A stretch of 64,000 nt of DNA from the human T2T-CHM13v2.0 reference genome, Homo sapiens (GCF_009914755.1 NC_060927.1); one strand, 5' to 3'. Positions 28,140 to 43,670 are shown, numbered from the stretch's first letter. Program-made: numbers and translations. The notes: generated by a model from the letters alone, not told the origin.

Positions 28140-29240
28140 ATTCCTTGCTGATTATATTAAGCACTCTTTCTTTTGGTTTGTTTACTTATCTAGTATCTGT
28201 CTTACTTACTTACAGGAGGGCAAGGAGCATGTCTGTTTTATTCTCTGCTATATACCAGTGCCTTATACCTCAATCAATGTTTGCTGAATTAATAAATTAA
28301 TGAATCTGTGAAAGAAAGGATGAGCCCTCTAGAAATGATCTTTGACTCTCTTCTATCAAGTGCTCTTGATTCTTTCACAAGCAGCATTTCTGGGATGCAT
28401 TCATTTCTTTATCATTCCTACAGCCATAGGCCTGCTCCTGACTGTCACGGCCTTAAGTCTGGACTGTGGCAGCCACATCGTAATTCTTATGTGGTTCTAG
28501 CTTCTTCTCACTCCCAGCCAAGCTCCTCACTGCTGCCAGGGTAATATTCCTCCCACACCCTCATCAAGAAGCCTCGCATGGATCATTGTCATGGACTAGG
28601 TCCAGACAAGCATCTTCCACTCAGAACCAAAACCTTTCATGATGGACCCCAGCTTTCCCTAACCCACCTCACCTTCTACCATTTACCAATCCCGCCATTT
28701 ATTTGGTGTATAGTTTATTAGCTGCCTCTCAGTACAAGGTACTGTGTCCTAGGTACACTTCAATCAAACATGCTTCCTGTCCTATAGAGCATAAAATATA
28801 TTTGGGGAGAAAAGCATAAAAACAATTGCAACACGGTATCAATCCATTTGAAAGGAGCTGTACAGGGTGCAAGGTAGGTTCCTGGGAATGTCTGTAACCC
28901 ACACTTGGGAGATCAGAGAAAGCTTCCCAGAGGAGAAAAGATATCACCTGACATCCAAAAGAGCTTTGCTAGAAAAATAGCACAGAGAGAATACATGTGT
29001 TAACCCTTGAGAGGAATGAGTATGGCTCTCTCAAACTGAAAAAAGTTATTATCTGGAGAGTAGAGTGTGAAGTAGGTGGAGGAGAGGAGAGGAATGACAG
29101 ATGCTTTGAAGGAGTGAGTGCCAGTCACAGAGAGGGGCTGTTACCTACTTGAACTCTACTCTGAAGACAATGAGAGATCACAAAGCAATTTTGAATAGGT
29201 TGAGATGTTATTGCTTGAGATTAAAAGGGGATGGTACTGC
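28140..29240. mobile_element. Cluster of L2 fragments (plus 28140-28690, minus 28700-29240)
   Basis: L2 tail tcaatcaatgtttgctgaattaataaattaatgaa at ~28270-28305. Antisense L2 gagatcagagaaagcttcccagagga...ctgaagacaatgagagatcac. Confidence 0.6.
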
Positions 29241-30997
29241 AATGGACACTTAAATAAGTTACCATTTCTTCCTTATAAAATATAGGCTTATAAAACAAAT
29301 TCACACTCTGGTTCCAGAGCTGTAAAGGAAATGTCAACTACAGTGTAGAAAGGTGATTTTGGCCTTGGAGCCTGGGAGAGATCTGAAGAGCCCACACTCA
29401 GGTCTTGCCTGAGCTCTGTCAACAACTTTGGTTCTGCTCTGTGCCTCGGCTTCCTCATCTGTCAAATAACAGGGATTAACTGACTATATGACCTCCCAGG
29501 CCTCTCCCAGCTCCTCCCTTCTCTGAATCCTGGCCAGTGGTCATAAGGCTGAAGATTTGCTAAGAGTCACCCTTGAGGAGCTTGTTAAACTCACTCTCCA
29601 AAACGCAGGTATTGTAAATGCTGACATTAAAAAAAAAAAAAAAAAAAAAAAAAGGTACTCCAGGTGAATCTCAGGCAGGGAGGGATTCCTCAGACAAAGC
29701 TTTGAGAAACTATGAGAAAAATGAGTCTCTTCATTGAAACAGGAATGAAGCCTGGGAAGGGCCCACTCCTTCAGGCATTGGCCTGTGAATCATCAAAAGG
29801 AGACTCAATCCCGCAATTAAACCCTTAGAACGTAGAAGCCAAATAAGAATAGATCATCTCAAGGAATTGAAATGGACAGAATAAAAATCTCCCCTTAGTG
29901 CTGTAGTGCTGTGCCCTGCCCCGTGCCAAGCACTTGATCCTCATTACTGCCTGTTAGTCACAGCCTGCTGCATGGGCAGATGGGCTGCATGGTCAGGTTC
30001 TGAAGCTAGGGGGCACAACCAGGGAGCAAGGACGCCTTTGGCCTTTGTGGTGAGGCGCATGCATCACAAATGATGACAGGCTTTGGTTAGCTTTTCTAAC
30101 ATCCCATCATTTGTTCATTGATGTTTCCGCCACATATAGAACAGGTTTGCCCTTTGCTTTCATGTTGCTTCCCTAACATCTTTTCATTTTAACCGAAACA
30201 ACTAACATGTCAAGATATTACCATAATATATGATTGAAAATATGCCACTTTTTGAGAACGTGCTCAAGGGAATCTCCCACATTCCCTTTGCCTTCCAGCT
30301 ATGCCATGAAGTAGGTAATATCAAAATCGAATGCTTCTAAGAATTCATCTATGGAAATCTTTGCAGGAAATAATCCATCAACCTTTGAGATAGGCAGGCC
30401 TTTAAAACCAGGGTGATTCCCTGCATACAAAACCATAACTAATGGCAAATTAGAATAAGCCTAACATCCGGTACTCTCGATCAACAAGAAAAAAAAAATG
30501 GAACCTAAGGAGAATAAGATTTCAAAGGCGAAGTGCAGATTCAGAATTAACCAAGGAAATAGGTGTTCTGACATTAAGAAATATTTCTTGTTGTCACCGT
30601 CAGAATATTTTTGACATTGAGGAGATGACACAAGAGCCTAAACAGGATGAGAATACTGAGCTTTTAAGCAGCATTTGCCTTGATTTTTACTTTAAATTCA
30701 CTGGACCCTTCTGCTGCAAAGATCAATTTTCCAGAGGGAACTTATTCACCAAGATCCAGTACTAATTACTTTGTCAGTGTAACTCCCATGGAGAAGAAAG
30801 CTCATATCTTAGAGGACAGGGCAGCATAAGTGGGGCAAAATGGACTTCGGAGGCAGGCAGACCTGGATTTGAATGCTCGCTCCACCACTCTCTAGCTGTG
30901 TGTCTTTGTCAAGTTGCAAAACTTCCCAAAGCCTATGCTTCCTCAGCTGTAATGGGAATAACAACCAGGAATTTAAAAATGTATTATAAGAATGAGA

Positions 30998-31274
<277 letters not shown>

Positions 31275-31564
31275 TTAGAAAATGAGCTTCTGAACCTGGA
31301 AAACTGTGCACTGTTCTACAGACTCAGCCAAAACAGGCCACGTGTCTCAACAATCTCCACAGTAGTACAAAGGTTTCCTTACAGTTTAGTAGCAGGCATT
31401 GTTTAATGCAGGGATTTTCAACATTCTATTGCCAAAAATTCCATTAAATCATGTTTTTGAAGCTCTTGCATACAAAATAGGTGATATTTATTCAACAAAT
31501 TATTGTTTCACTTCTTATTAATCTAAGGTATAAAAAATTTTCCCATAGAGGTTTTGAATGAACA

Positions 31565-31940
31565 CCATTCATTCATCAGTAAATGTCTATGCAGTACTAT
31601 GTGTGATATGCTGGGGACACAATGCTGACAGAGACCTGATTCCTGCTCGCAGTTTGTTGGGAAGATGGACAAGTGAAAGCCATGACAGTGAGAAAGAGCC
31701 GTGACAAGGCAAGTGCAGAGTGTTAAGGGAGTCTATGGAAGAGGCATTGCCTGTGACTTGGAGAGTTAGGAATGACTTTCTGGAGGAAGTACCTCAGTCC
31801 CAGGACTTGAAGGATAAGTGAGAGAGAGCCAAGAAAGACAACACAGGGAGAAAGCTTTGGGCAAAGGGAACGATGTGTGCAAGTCTTTGGGATGAGTGAA
31901 CAAGCTGAATTCCATAAAGGAAACATTTTTGGTATGGCTG
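31565..31940 (-). mobile_element. L2 3' fragment
   Basis: cattcattcatcagtaaatgtctat...gctggggacacaatgctgac...ggaatgactttctggaggaagt...ggacttgaaggataagtg. Confidence 0.7.
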
Positions 31941-33814
31941 AAGTGTGACCTTCCCAACACATTTAGTCCTGCGCTGCCTCACGTTGGTCAAGTGGTTGAT
32001 TTCAATTACGCTTTTCGCGAGTATCTTCCAGATCACTGCCTCCCTCACAGATCCTCCAGGATTTGTAGAATCCCAGCTGAGAATAGTCAAGGGCTTTGGT
32101 CCAAACAAATCAAGCTAATTTCCCAACTCCACCGTTGAGTGTCTACACCGCCTTGGGCAGTGCGCTTATTTTTGAGTCTCAATTTCCACATCTATGAATG
32201 AAAGAATAATATCTAGCTTGTCGAGTAGTTGGGACCATTAAATATATTGATGACTCTCTACCGAGGTACCTAATGGATTCCTTGACACACAGTAGGCACT
32301 CAATAAATCACAACCATCCCATTAGCCACCAGTGAGAGCTGAATTCTGTAAACTTCCAACTGGCAAATGCTGATATGGTTAATGGCTGCAGTAAAAACCC
32401 AGGTGTATCAAATTTAGTTTTCGGTTTTTGAAGACAAAAATCTTCAATAATTATACACTGACAATTCTCGCTACTTTTGATTACTATGACCCAGATACCG
32501 TGGAAAGCATTTATATTAAACTTTTATTTAACCCTTACAACCATGCTATGAGATCATTTGTATTTCTACAAAAGAAAAAGCCTCTTGATCTTAACTACAT
32601 TTTCACATTTGGAGTTAAACAGTTTCATTTCCTGCACAAGTTCCCAGGGACTTTAATCTGAAAATATGCATTATCAAATCTAAGATAGAGGAAAACAGTC
32701 TAAAGGGTTTTCCAGATGTATTTGACAATTAAATCTCATTTTGATTGGATGTAAATTAAAATTTCATTGAGATGTACTTTGTAAAATGCTAAAATATTAT
32801 CAGCACTATTTTATACCTGAGAAAACTGGGCCTCAGAGAAGTTAAGCAACTTTCCTATTGTCAAACAGCTAATAAGCGGGAGGGATTATGATTTGAAACC
32901 AGGTCTTTCTCGCTCCAAAAACATACACTTGGCCACTGGACAATTATTTTAACAGAACTCCAATTCTTAGAAGATATGTAACGTACAAAGCTATAGGTTG
33001 TTACACTACAACCCTAACAATTCTGGATAGAACAGTCCGAACAAAAACCAAAAAAACACCTCCGCATACCAAGTCAGGAGTCTCAGTCTTAAAAGACAGC
33101 ACCCACTCCCAATACAGGAAAACAGCCAAAAAAAAAAAAAAAAAAAGCCACTGTGTTTCCATACGACCAACGTTTTCCTGATGTCAGGTAACTGAGACCT
33201 TCACACTACACTCAGCCCTACACCTACCTTACTGCTTCTCACCGTAGACTAGTCTGCTGGCCCCGCATCTCAAAACCCCGGCTCCACCTATAGTGGCCCA
33301 TACCTTTCCCTATTTTAGTGGTGCTTAGTGACAGCTCGCATCTGGTTTTTCCCTCAGCAAAGGCAACTGCAGCTCACTGCTGAGAATATTACTAAAGCAA
33401 ATAATTCATTTAGCCCAAACCTAATAATCCCTCCTCAAAACTCAGAGAATATGAAAAAGAATTGCCCCTTCTAGTTCCCTCGGCATTATGGGAACAAGCA
33501 AGACTTTCATTTACTTCAGCAGTCCATATGTTTGAAGGTCAAACAACACCTGGGTATTTCTTTGAAATGAACTAATTGAGCCTGGATGATTTAGAGTTAG
33601 TCTTGCTGAAAGACTCACTGGATCTCCAATGGTAACCCAAAACCTGCTTTTGAAAACTCTGGATTCCTCCAACCCCAGCTTTATCAAATGGCAAAGAATA
33701 TTTGATGCTGTTCAAAGATTAAGGCCTGGATCAAACTGAGTAAAAAGAAAGAGAAAGGATTGCTTTCAAACTACTATGAAAAAGAGCCTTGGCCCCAGGT
33801 GTTCAGAGTGGTAA

Positions 33815-34657
<843 letters not shown>

Positions 34658-35976
34658 CTGTTCCCCTTTTAGCTAGTTTTCATGGAAACCTCGTTCATAG
34701 GAACACACCAAATTAACACATACAGAGACCAGTTTGATTCAGATTGGGAGAAACGCATCGACTTCACCTAATTGTTTGCATCACATGCTGCCATGAACAC
34801 CAATTGGTTAGTTTGGTTTATGTCAGGTGACTTCTATCTGAAAGCCAAAGGTGGTCTCAAGGTGGAAAATCCCCTCTTTGCCTATTGGTCCTCCAGTTTC
34901 ACAAACACATAGGACCTTGTATTTGTCTGTATCGTTTTCACTGGCACTGTGGTGAAGTATTTCCCCATTGGACTATTAATATCTTATTCTGCACTTGACT
35001 GTGAACTTCATGTGGATCCCTGCCCATCTTGGTCATAACTGCATTAATAACTGAATAAATCATAACTGAATTATTAATAGTCATAACTGAATTAATAAAC
35101 GAATGGCATTAGAAACCAGTGACTGGGCTAACAAGAGCTCTCTGGGGCAAATACATTGGGTGATACATAATTTTTTTAAAAAATGGAGAAAATGTACAAC
35201 CATTTATTTTCATCTTATAATTTTAAAATGTACATATTTACCAAGAATTATACTGTTTGGTTTCAACCACACTCAACCATTATGATTGAGGGAGAGTATG
35301 GAAACTGAAATAATAACAATAGAGTATAATAATAATAATGCTCAGAGCTAAGATTTATGAAGGACTTGTGTGTCTGGCCCTGTGCTAGGTTTTGCTTATG
35401 TATTACCTCATATAATTGCCTCAACCAGTCTATGAGGTAGGTATCTCCACTTTACAAAATGAGGGGACTGGGAGCTGCCCATGAGGATTCCAATATGCCT
35501 GTGCTCTCAAACAGTATGCAGAGACTATACAGGAAGGTTCATTCATTCATTCATTCAACAAATATCTGAGTATGTACTATTACTATCCTAGAACAAAATA
35601 GTGCAGATAATAAACAAAAACACATACCATCTCAATTCTTTTGGTGTTTATAGTATAGTAGGGGAGATAGATGTTAATCAATAACCACACAAAAATGACA
35701 AATACACAGCTGTTTTAAGTGTTATAAAGGAGCAATATATATCATTAGGAGAAATTGGTCCTAGGCAGCTTTATTGAGCTGAGACCTGAGGGAGGAGTAG
35801 ATGTTAACCAGAGAAGGAGAAGAAGGAGAAGTGTTCAAGGAAAAAGGAAGAGCTGTGCAAAGGCCCTGTGGTAGGAGGAAATGTATGCTTGATGAGGGAA
35901 TAAAAGCAAGCTATGAGAGTCTGGAACGTGAGAGCAAGAGACTGTATATAGCCAGAAAGGTAGGTGGGCCCTAGAG

Positions 35977-36163
35977 CAGTGGTTTTCAGACTTGAGTATA
36001 TACATCAGAATCACTTGGAAGGCTTGTGAAAACACAATCTGTTGGACCCCTTCCCCAGAGTTTCTGACTCAGCAGATCTAAAGTGAGACGTAAGATGTTG
36101 AATTTCAAAACACACTACTGGGTGATGCTGATGGATTCCAAGACTACACTTTGAGAACCACTG
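35977..36163. mobile_element. MER5A (hAT-Charlie MITE) nested in L2
   Basis: cagtggttttca...tgagaaccactg TIRs, 187 bp, 8-bp TSD ccctagag/ccctagac. Confidence 0.92.
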
Positions 36164-36974
36164 CCCTAGACTAGGTAGCACCTGGTGAGCTATGGGGCCG
36201 ATTTCTGACTGTGTCCTAAGAAGAATGAAAAATAATGGAAGGATTCTAAGCTCGGGAGTGACATGATGCAATTTACATTTTGAAAAATGCAGGGTAGAGA
36301 CAAGATGGTAGAGAGGCCAGGGTGGATGCAGGTAGATCAGCCCAAGGGTAAGCTGCAGTGCTCAGAAAAGACACCACTGTGGCATGGCCTAAGGTGATGG
36401 CCAAGGAGGTAGACAGAGGTAGGTGGATTCAAGAGAGATTTAGTCGGTGAAATCAGTAGAACTTGGTGATGAATAAGGGGGTTAAGGGAGAGATTAGCTG
36501 TTTGGCTTCTGCGTGAGCAAGTAGACAGAACAGTGGTGTTGTTCAGCGAGAGAGACCCTGGAAGAGGACCAGGCCTGGGAGAGAAGATCATGAGCTCAGT
36601 CCTGGACATGCTGAACGCAAGGTACCTTCAAGGCATTCAAAAGATGGTAAGTAGACAGTTGATATATGGGTCTGGAGTTAAGGGCAAGATCAAGACTGGA
36701 GATAAAACCATGAGTCATCTGAGTATATATGCAACTTGAAACCACAGGGGTGGATGAGATCACTGGGTAGAGAAATTAGAGTAAGAAGAGAGGGCCTAGG
36801 ACCTCCAACAGCTAATGGCTGGGTAAAAGAAAAAGAACCTACAAAGGAGGACAAGGAACACTAGGAAAAAAAACAGAGAGAATTGTGCCCAGAAATCAGG
36901 GAAAGGGAAGAAACAGTAGGCAATAGTACCAGTGATGCTCAGATGACAACTAAGATGAAGACTAAAGAATGTCT

Positions 36975-37106
36975 GTTTAGGAATGTGGAGGTAACCATGG
37001 TGAGAGGTAATTTGGTGAAGAAGGAGAGGAGAAGTTGGGAGTTTAGCAATGTGGAGGTAACCATGGTGAGAGGTAATTTGGTGAAGAAGCAGAGGAGAAG
37101 TTGGGA
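36975..37106. repeat. 66-bp tandem duplication (2 copies, 2 mismatches)
   Basis: 36975-37040 vs 37041-37106. Also visible in ORF 36883-37110 as NVEVTMVRGNLVKK.RRSW twice. Confidence 0.97.
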
Positions 37107-40100
37107 CTAGGCCACCACTGACATTGGGGGAAGAGAGTGTTTAATCTCCAACCTTCACTTAGTATTATTTTCAATATCCTTCCCTCCCAGTTATAGCCCA
37201 AACACGTTATTTTCCCTCCCTATTCACTGCCAAATGAATCAGAAGTTCACTCTCCTTTTTTTTTTTTACCTCCCACTTACTCTTCCTGCAACTCTAATTT
37301 GAATTATGGCCTACGAATATTTTTACTAAATATTACAATTTATCTATTTTTTATTTGTTTCAACACACAGAAGAGTTGCAAAAATTTACCTGCTCTTAAC
37401 AAGAAACATATCATCTCTGATTTGTCACTAAAGGAGATCTCAAGAATATGAGGCTGTAGGTCCTGATCTTATTTCTCTCACTGGCCAATTAACTTTGCAG
37501 AATGGGCAATCATGGGACTATTTACTGACTAGACCAGAGTAATGTAAAGGCAATGTAAAGTTAAAGATCTCACAAGTCCTTTACTTATGTGAGAAGTCTG
37601 CCTAAGTGGGAAAACAATTTACTTTTCTAGTGCAAATCACTCTCTGCTCGACAGCAAATTTAGAATCTGGAATTCAGAGCCGGTTAAATCAGGACACAAA
37701 CCTTGGATTTGTAAATTTCCACTGGTGCAAACTTGGACAAGATACTCAATATCTCTGAGGCTTATTTTTTAATTTATGATTTAAAAAGCATAACAATACA
37801 TACCTTAAAATATAGTTGTAAAGTATTAACTGCTCAGCATACTTTGTGTTAAACAATTCCATTATAACAGAGTCACTCTAGTGGTGCTCAAGCAACCACA
37901 AAGGAGAATAAGAAACAGTCATACAAGAAAGCATGTTTTCTAAATAATATCCTTAAATCCTGAATAATTTGTTTGGGCTTTTCTATATTAGCCCCTTTAA
38001 AACACTTTTAAATCTATTACACTTTCAAATTCATTCACCATGAATTGTGCCCTCTTCAACCATTATTGAACTCATCCAAAAAGGGGTTTGTTGAAGGTGC
38101 TTTTCAAAATTCAATACTCATTTCAGGTAAACGTTTATTTTTTAAAACAATTTTTAATTAAGTAAAATTAAATACTCCAAAGTTTTTACTATTTAATTTC
38201 TGTTTAAATAAAAATAAGAAATCAGGTGGTTATAAAACAAGAGAGAAATACATGAATGGAACTAGTTGATTTAATTTAGCGTTGTGCAAATAAAACAACC
38301 ATATGAAAAAAACAGCAAGGAAATCATGGCCTAACACAGTTCCCTAGGGAAAAGAAGCAGAATAGACAATGGAAATGTATACCATTCATTCATTTTTTCA
38401 TTCATTAAATCAGTTCTGAATACTTAGTAAAAGGCCCAGGGCTAGGATCAAAACCAAAATAAATAGCTTTCGTTGTTGATTTTGAATTTCCATCTTGCCA
38501 GGTACAGCCTTGACTCATTGTTGAAAGTAGTTGTAGAGCCAGCAGGTTGGATGCCAAGGAGAAGAGAAGAGGTGTGCTTTATGTATGGGTTCCATGGAGC
38601 TCCACTGGCACAATCAGTTAGTGCATGGTCCTTACATGTATGGATTCTCTGCAATTTGCTACAAGAAAAACAAATAATTACTGCATCAAAATTTCCACAT
38701 TGAGTTTACCTGCCTATGTCCAAGCCAACGGCAAGAGAAATGCCATTCAGAAAAAGTTCTCCATCCAGTAGCATCATTGATCAACTCACCAAAATAGTAA
38801 TAATACTAATGATGACCACGATGATGATTGTGATGGTGATGTTATGAGTCTTTACCTAGTATTTAAAAGCAATGCACATGTATTTACCTGTGTTATCTCT
38901 TTCTCCCTGGCAAAAACCTCAGGGTAGGAAGACTATTATAATCTCCATTTTGTAGACAAGGAAACTGAAGATAGGATAGGTTAAGGAATTTGTTCAAGGT
39001 CACACCAGTATAAGTGGAAGGATAAGACCTAAAAGTATTTTTTCTATGGTGTTGCTCCCATTTTAAAATTAAATTGCTTTTGGCTCCAAAATAAATATCC
39101 CAATTTGTAGATTTTTAAAATTCTATATCCTTATTTGCTCTACCAAAGGACTCTTTGATGGTCATAATAATCGCTACAAATCAGGGTTAAAACTACATTT
39201 CTCCCCCCAGCGTACCCCCTTTTCTGATCTACTCAGCAAAGCAGCTCAGTTTTCATCCTAGAAAACTAGCCTTCCCCAACACCTCTCCTGGCAGGGAAGC
39301 CCCATCTGATAGACCCTTGAGCGCTTTCTGTAAATTAATCACTCTGGATCCTGAAGCTCAGCAAAACTTTCTTAGTCTAACCCAAGAGCAGTAACTATTT
39401 CTCGCACCAAAAGAATGTTCTCCCTCACTGCCATAAAGGCCTCTGAGAATAGCCAAAAGGAAATGGCAGGACTGCTATTTACTCTGAGGTCATCTATAGC
39501 ACTGGTGGCCTGTAGACCTGAGCAGAAAGGATATTCCTTCATTGGGGTAAGATTTTCTAGCCACAGACTTTTTGTTTTTTTGTGACAATTTTTTTTTCAA
39601 GGACAGTATCATCTTCTTTAAGGAAGTTTTTGCCTTTCATGGGTCATTTCGAATTTTTGCTGAGACACAGCCTTGGCTAGCTCAGCATCAGATCCCTGTA
39701 CCATCTGGGGGGTTATTTTTTAAATATAAGATCTAATCATTTTATGCTAAGGGGCTATATTCTTTGTGAAATTCTAAAGGCCAGTAAAACCACAAAGATC
39801 CTACTTTTCATTCAGCATAGGTTGCTGTGTCTTTAAACCAAAGGTATTCCTAGTTCGAAATGGAATAAACTTTTGAGAGCACTTATTATATTCAGCCTCT
39901 GTGCTTAAAGGTAATATATATAAACTATTGCTTTTATAATCCCTACACAAACTCTTGAATGTGAGAATTATTGTGAATTCCATTTTACTGATGAGAGCAT
40001 GGTTAAGTAACTTGCTCCAAATATTGACAATTTTTGAAGCTAGTGATGGGTACACAGAAGATCACTGAGTTATTTTCTCTAATTTTGTTTATGTTTAAAA

Positions 40101-42184
40101 TTGTTGATAATACGATGTTGTCATTGTTGTTGCTTTTATAGTAACTTTCCAGAAGACCCCTAGTTCATGAGTAGAGTCTGGGGTTTTAAACCCAAATCTA
40201 TTAGCCTGCAAAGCCCAAGCTCTTAAACATGACCATACTGTTGAATATTGCCCAGTTGACAGTTTTAGCCAACGTCTACCTGATGCCAAAACAGCTTCCT
40301 AGAAAACCAAAACCCAAACCAAAGTCAGTCTATTTGATGTACTCAGCAGCAGGCAACCATCCTGAAATGATTCTTAGATCAAAATTCTTGAGTATATCGA
40401 ATTACAAAAAGCATTTTCTTGGTGAAAATACCTAATTTTCAGAGTAATCAAAGCTGCATCCTTACCACCAATAAGCTTTATTTATTTAGCATACCATTTG
40501 TGGTCTAAACAACCTCCCTTTAATGGGTATGTCAGGCCCAAGAACAGCAAAGATGGCATCTGGATGCAATCTCAACATAAAATGAGCATCACATTTACTG
40601 TTTCCTGGTTATTTAGCCCTCAGCATGGAAATCCATCTTAAACAATGACTGGGGGATCTTTGAGCCTTGGTCTACATGATCTTTTTATTAAACACCTAAC
40701 CAGCAATATGCAGCTCGTGTTTCTGTAACTGATCACTATTGCTTTTATGGCTTTATTCTCTTGTTTATTAACGCGACACATAAAATATACTTGTTTTCTA
40801 AGTGAAAGCAACACATTTATTTTCTCCTGGTAAAATCTTACAAGACCCTGTGATACATCCTGCCATCCTTGAATATTGGGAAAGCAGGCTTAAGATTTAT
40901 CCTGACACCAAATCTCTCATCATAATTATGAACAATTTCTAGCTCCAACTATTGGAGACTTTACCCCCATGCCTTGCCACTTCATTTTATCTTTGCGGAA
41001 ACATGAGATTTCTCCCTCTTGCCAAAGTTTGGTTTAAGTGGACCTCAGACTTGCCTGAGGGATAGTTTCTGGAGAAGCATGGAGTTCTGGGAAGCCTCAG
41101 CCATCTCTCAGGGGAAAAGCGTTGCTTAGTTTGTAAAAAGAAAAAAGAGAAACTTCTCTGCAGAGCTTAAGAACATAAGCTGAACTGGGGGAAAGGCTGT
41201 TGGGGTGTGTTCTTATCACAAAAATGGCTTATTCAGATAATACTTCTCAGCAGAGACCCCTATGGTATTTAAACAGAAGGAAAGCATTTTGATGCACTGA
41301 AGACGCTGATAAAGAAGCCATACAACAGCCATTTCCTTGGCCAAATCCGTTATTCTATAAACATCCACACCAGATATAAATAATTTAAATATTGAAAAAA
41401 TATAAAAAGCCTATCTACCTACCTCTTGCTAAAATAAATTACTAAAACTTGATGTATTTGAGCAAACCAGTTATCGCAGCACTAGGGAGAAAGATGTAAA
41501 GCTGAACAGAAGTTCACCCCACTCCATGCCCATCCCAGCCCCCACTACAGTGAATTTAAGCAAATATGACCTTGTAATTCTCAGATTTGATTTCTTAATC
41601 CAGGAGTTTTTAATGCTTATCAAGCCCTACATCTCCTTTCTATTATGAATATTTCACAACATAGCCAACAGTTTGAAAAACATTAACATGATGACTTCAC
41701 TACAAGATAGAGGAGAAATAGAGAAAATTAACTTAAAATAACATTTTAAAATATAAGTGCTCAGGCATGATTACACTAGAAACATACTGATCTGTGCATC
41801 CATTTATATAAAATCATTGTTGATTTTTGAAAAGTTAGAATACACACAGAATATTGTTCATTCCTTCACTTTCCATTTGACGGTTTGAAATAAGAACTAA
41901 GGACAATCATATATATATGCACAGAATTACCGTGAGTCTGACAGCTACAAACTTAAACCAGTTCTCAAAGTGAAATTTCCATGAGTGGTGCTGTCATTGT
42001 TGATTGGTGATATGATATTCTGAAATGGTGAACAATGCTTGGTAAAACTCTGAAGGTAGTCAACTACAACCTATCCTCTGTAGTTGCAGTCCTGGAAAAT
42101 ATAATAATACTAAAGCATTGTCTATATATCTATATCTATATCTATCAATCATGTAGTCTAGGCTATACATAAAATAAATATATG

Positions 42185-42405
42185 CAGGTTTTCAACCACA
42201 TGAATGTCCAGCAGGACATCTGAAAGGCATCCAGGACTCAGGAAAATTTACTATTTTCTGTGTCTACTTCACATATTGTAGGATGCCTGCAACTTCCAGA
42301 CTTGACTCATTAAATGACAGTAGTATCTCCCCAGTTGTGACAACCTAAATCACTCCCAAAGATTTCTGAAAAGCCTTCTGATAGTCATATTCCTTCTGAG
42401 AACCA
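42185..42405 (-). mobile_element. MER20B-like hAT relic
   Basis: cacatattgtaggatgcctgcaacttcc...cattaaatgacagtagtatctccccagttgtgacaacc...tgagaacca. Confidence 0.5.
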
Positions 42406-43458
42406 ATGTCTGATAGAAATATCAAGCCAACACTCTTCAACGCTTTCCCACAGAATTTGTGCTGTGGTCCCCACAAGGGATGCCCTAGTGTCACTTTCTT
42501 CCCGGATACACCCTTTATCCCTTATAGAGCTCATACAGTCCCTCACCTTCAACGTGGCCTGCCTTTAGCCTGCTGGCTGGACCAGAACTCTCCTACTTCT
42601 GAATTCCCATTACATTGATTATTTCTAGGGTTCATATCAACAACTAATTATCTGCTAACCCATGCTGATATTTAAAAGCCTTATGAACATACCTTATTCT
42701 CCCAAATCAACAGAAAAGCCCTTCAAAGAAGTCTTTTTAGTATTTTCTATCTCCAAAGTGCTATGCAGGCACTGTGAGACCAAGGTTGAGTTAATAAAGC
42801 TTAAAGTTTGAGGAAATGGATTCCATACTTCTGGGATGTATGAAAATGTAAATGTGGAGCAATCCAGACTGCAACTCAAGCTTCCAAGTCATTTCTCCAC
42901 CTAGATGTAATTCTCACTGTACAAATTTACACCCACTCTCATTCAGATTGTCTAATGGTGTTGCTCACACCCATTTTGACCATATTTTTATGACTTTCAG
43001 GAATTAAATCCATCTACCTTTTCTAAAGCAGTATTTCTCAAACTATACTCTGTGTATACTACCTGTGCAGAATCGACTGGAGATACCTGTTAAAAACAAA
43101 ACAAAACCAAAACAATACTGGATGCTGTCCCCTGGAATCCATACTTTCAGAAACACTGCTCCGTCTAATGTGTATTCAACCAATTAAGCTAATTCCTTCA
43201 TCTTAAAAACCATTCGCTAATATTTCCTGAATGTGACTAGGCCTTTTTCATTAAATGGGGAATCCAGTCAAAATGATAAGGCAGCCTCTAAATCCAACCT
43301 TATAATCCTGCAGACCACAAACCTCATGAAAACCAGGCAGGCCACAAGGGGTGGAATTATTCTGGTAGCTGACATTTAGTGATGCTGCCTAATTGATTTC
43401 AGGGCTTTGGCATTTGCCATTCGCCTGTTAGTTCATCAATATTTTGACTATGTCACTT

Positions 43459-43508
43459 ATCATTTTGCTAGACAAGTTATATATTTTATTCCCTGATATG
43501 CTCAAATA

Positions 43509-43544
<36 letters not shown>

Positions 43545-43670
43545 AAGTAAATTTGTGCCAAAATTCCATGAGGAGACAATTGCGCAGGGGAAAAAAGTCA
43601 AGAATGTGAAATTCCCTGAATTATATTTCTTCTGCTGGATTTGAAACTCCAGGGGGCAATGACTATCTAT
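43459..43670 (+). repeat. Donor copy of ~210-bp local direct duplication; contains (TG)n at 43512-43542
   Basis: atcattttgctagacaagtt...ccagggggcaatgactatctat is repeated at 43980-44182. Confidence 0.97.

Larger units (their letters stand above)
35537..37106 (-). mobile_element. Long L2 (L2a-like) fragment
   Basis: (ttca)n tail + caacaaatatctgagtatgtactat...gagctgagacctgagggagg...tgtgcaaaggccctgtggtagga...gagtgacatgatgcaatttacattttgaaaa...gtggatgagatcac. Confidence 0.85.

Noticed and set aside
30070-30180. C/D box snoRNA (atgatga C-box)
   Set aside because: No D box (ctga) with a terminal stem at a suitable distance.
36975-37106. CRISPR-like or protein-repeat array
   Set aside because: Two adjacent copies with no spacers, in L2-derived eukaryotic DNA.
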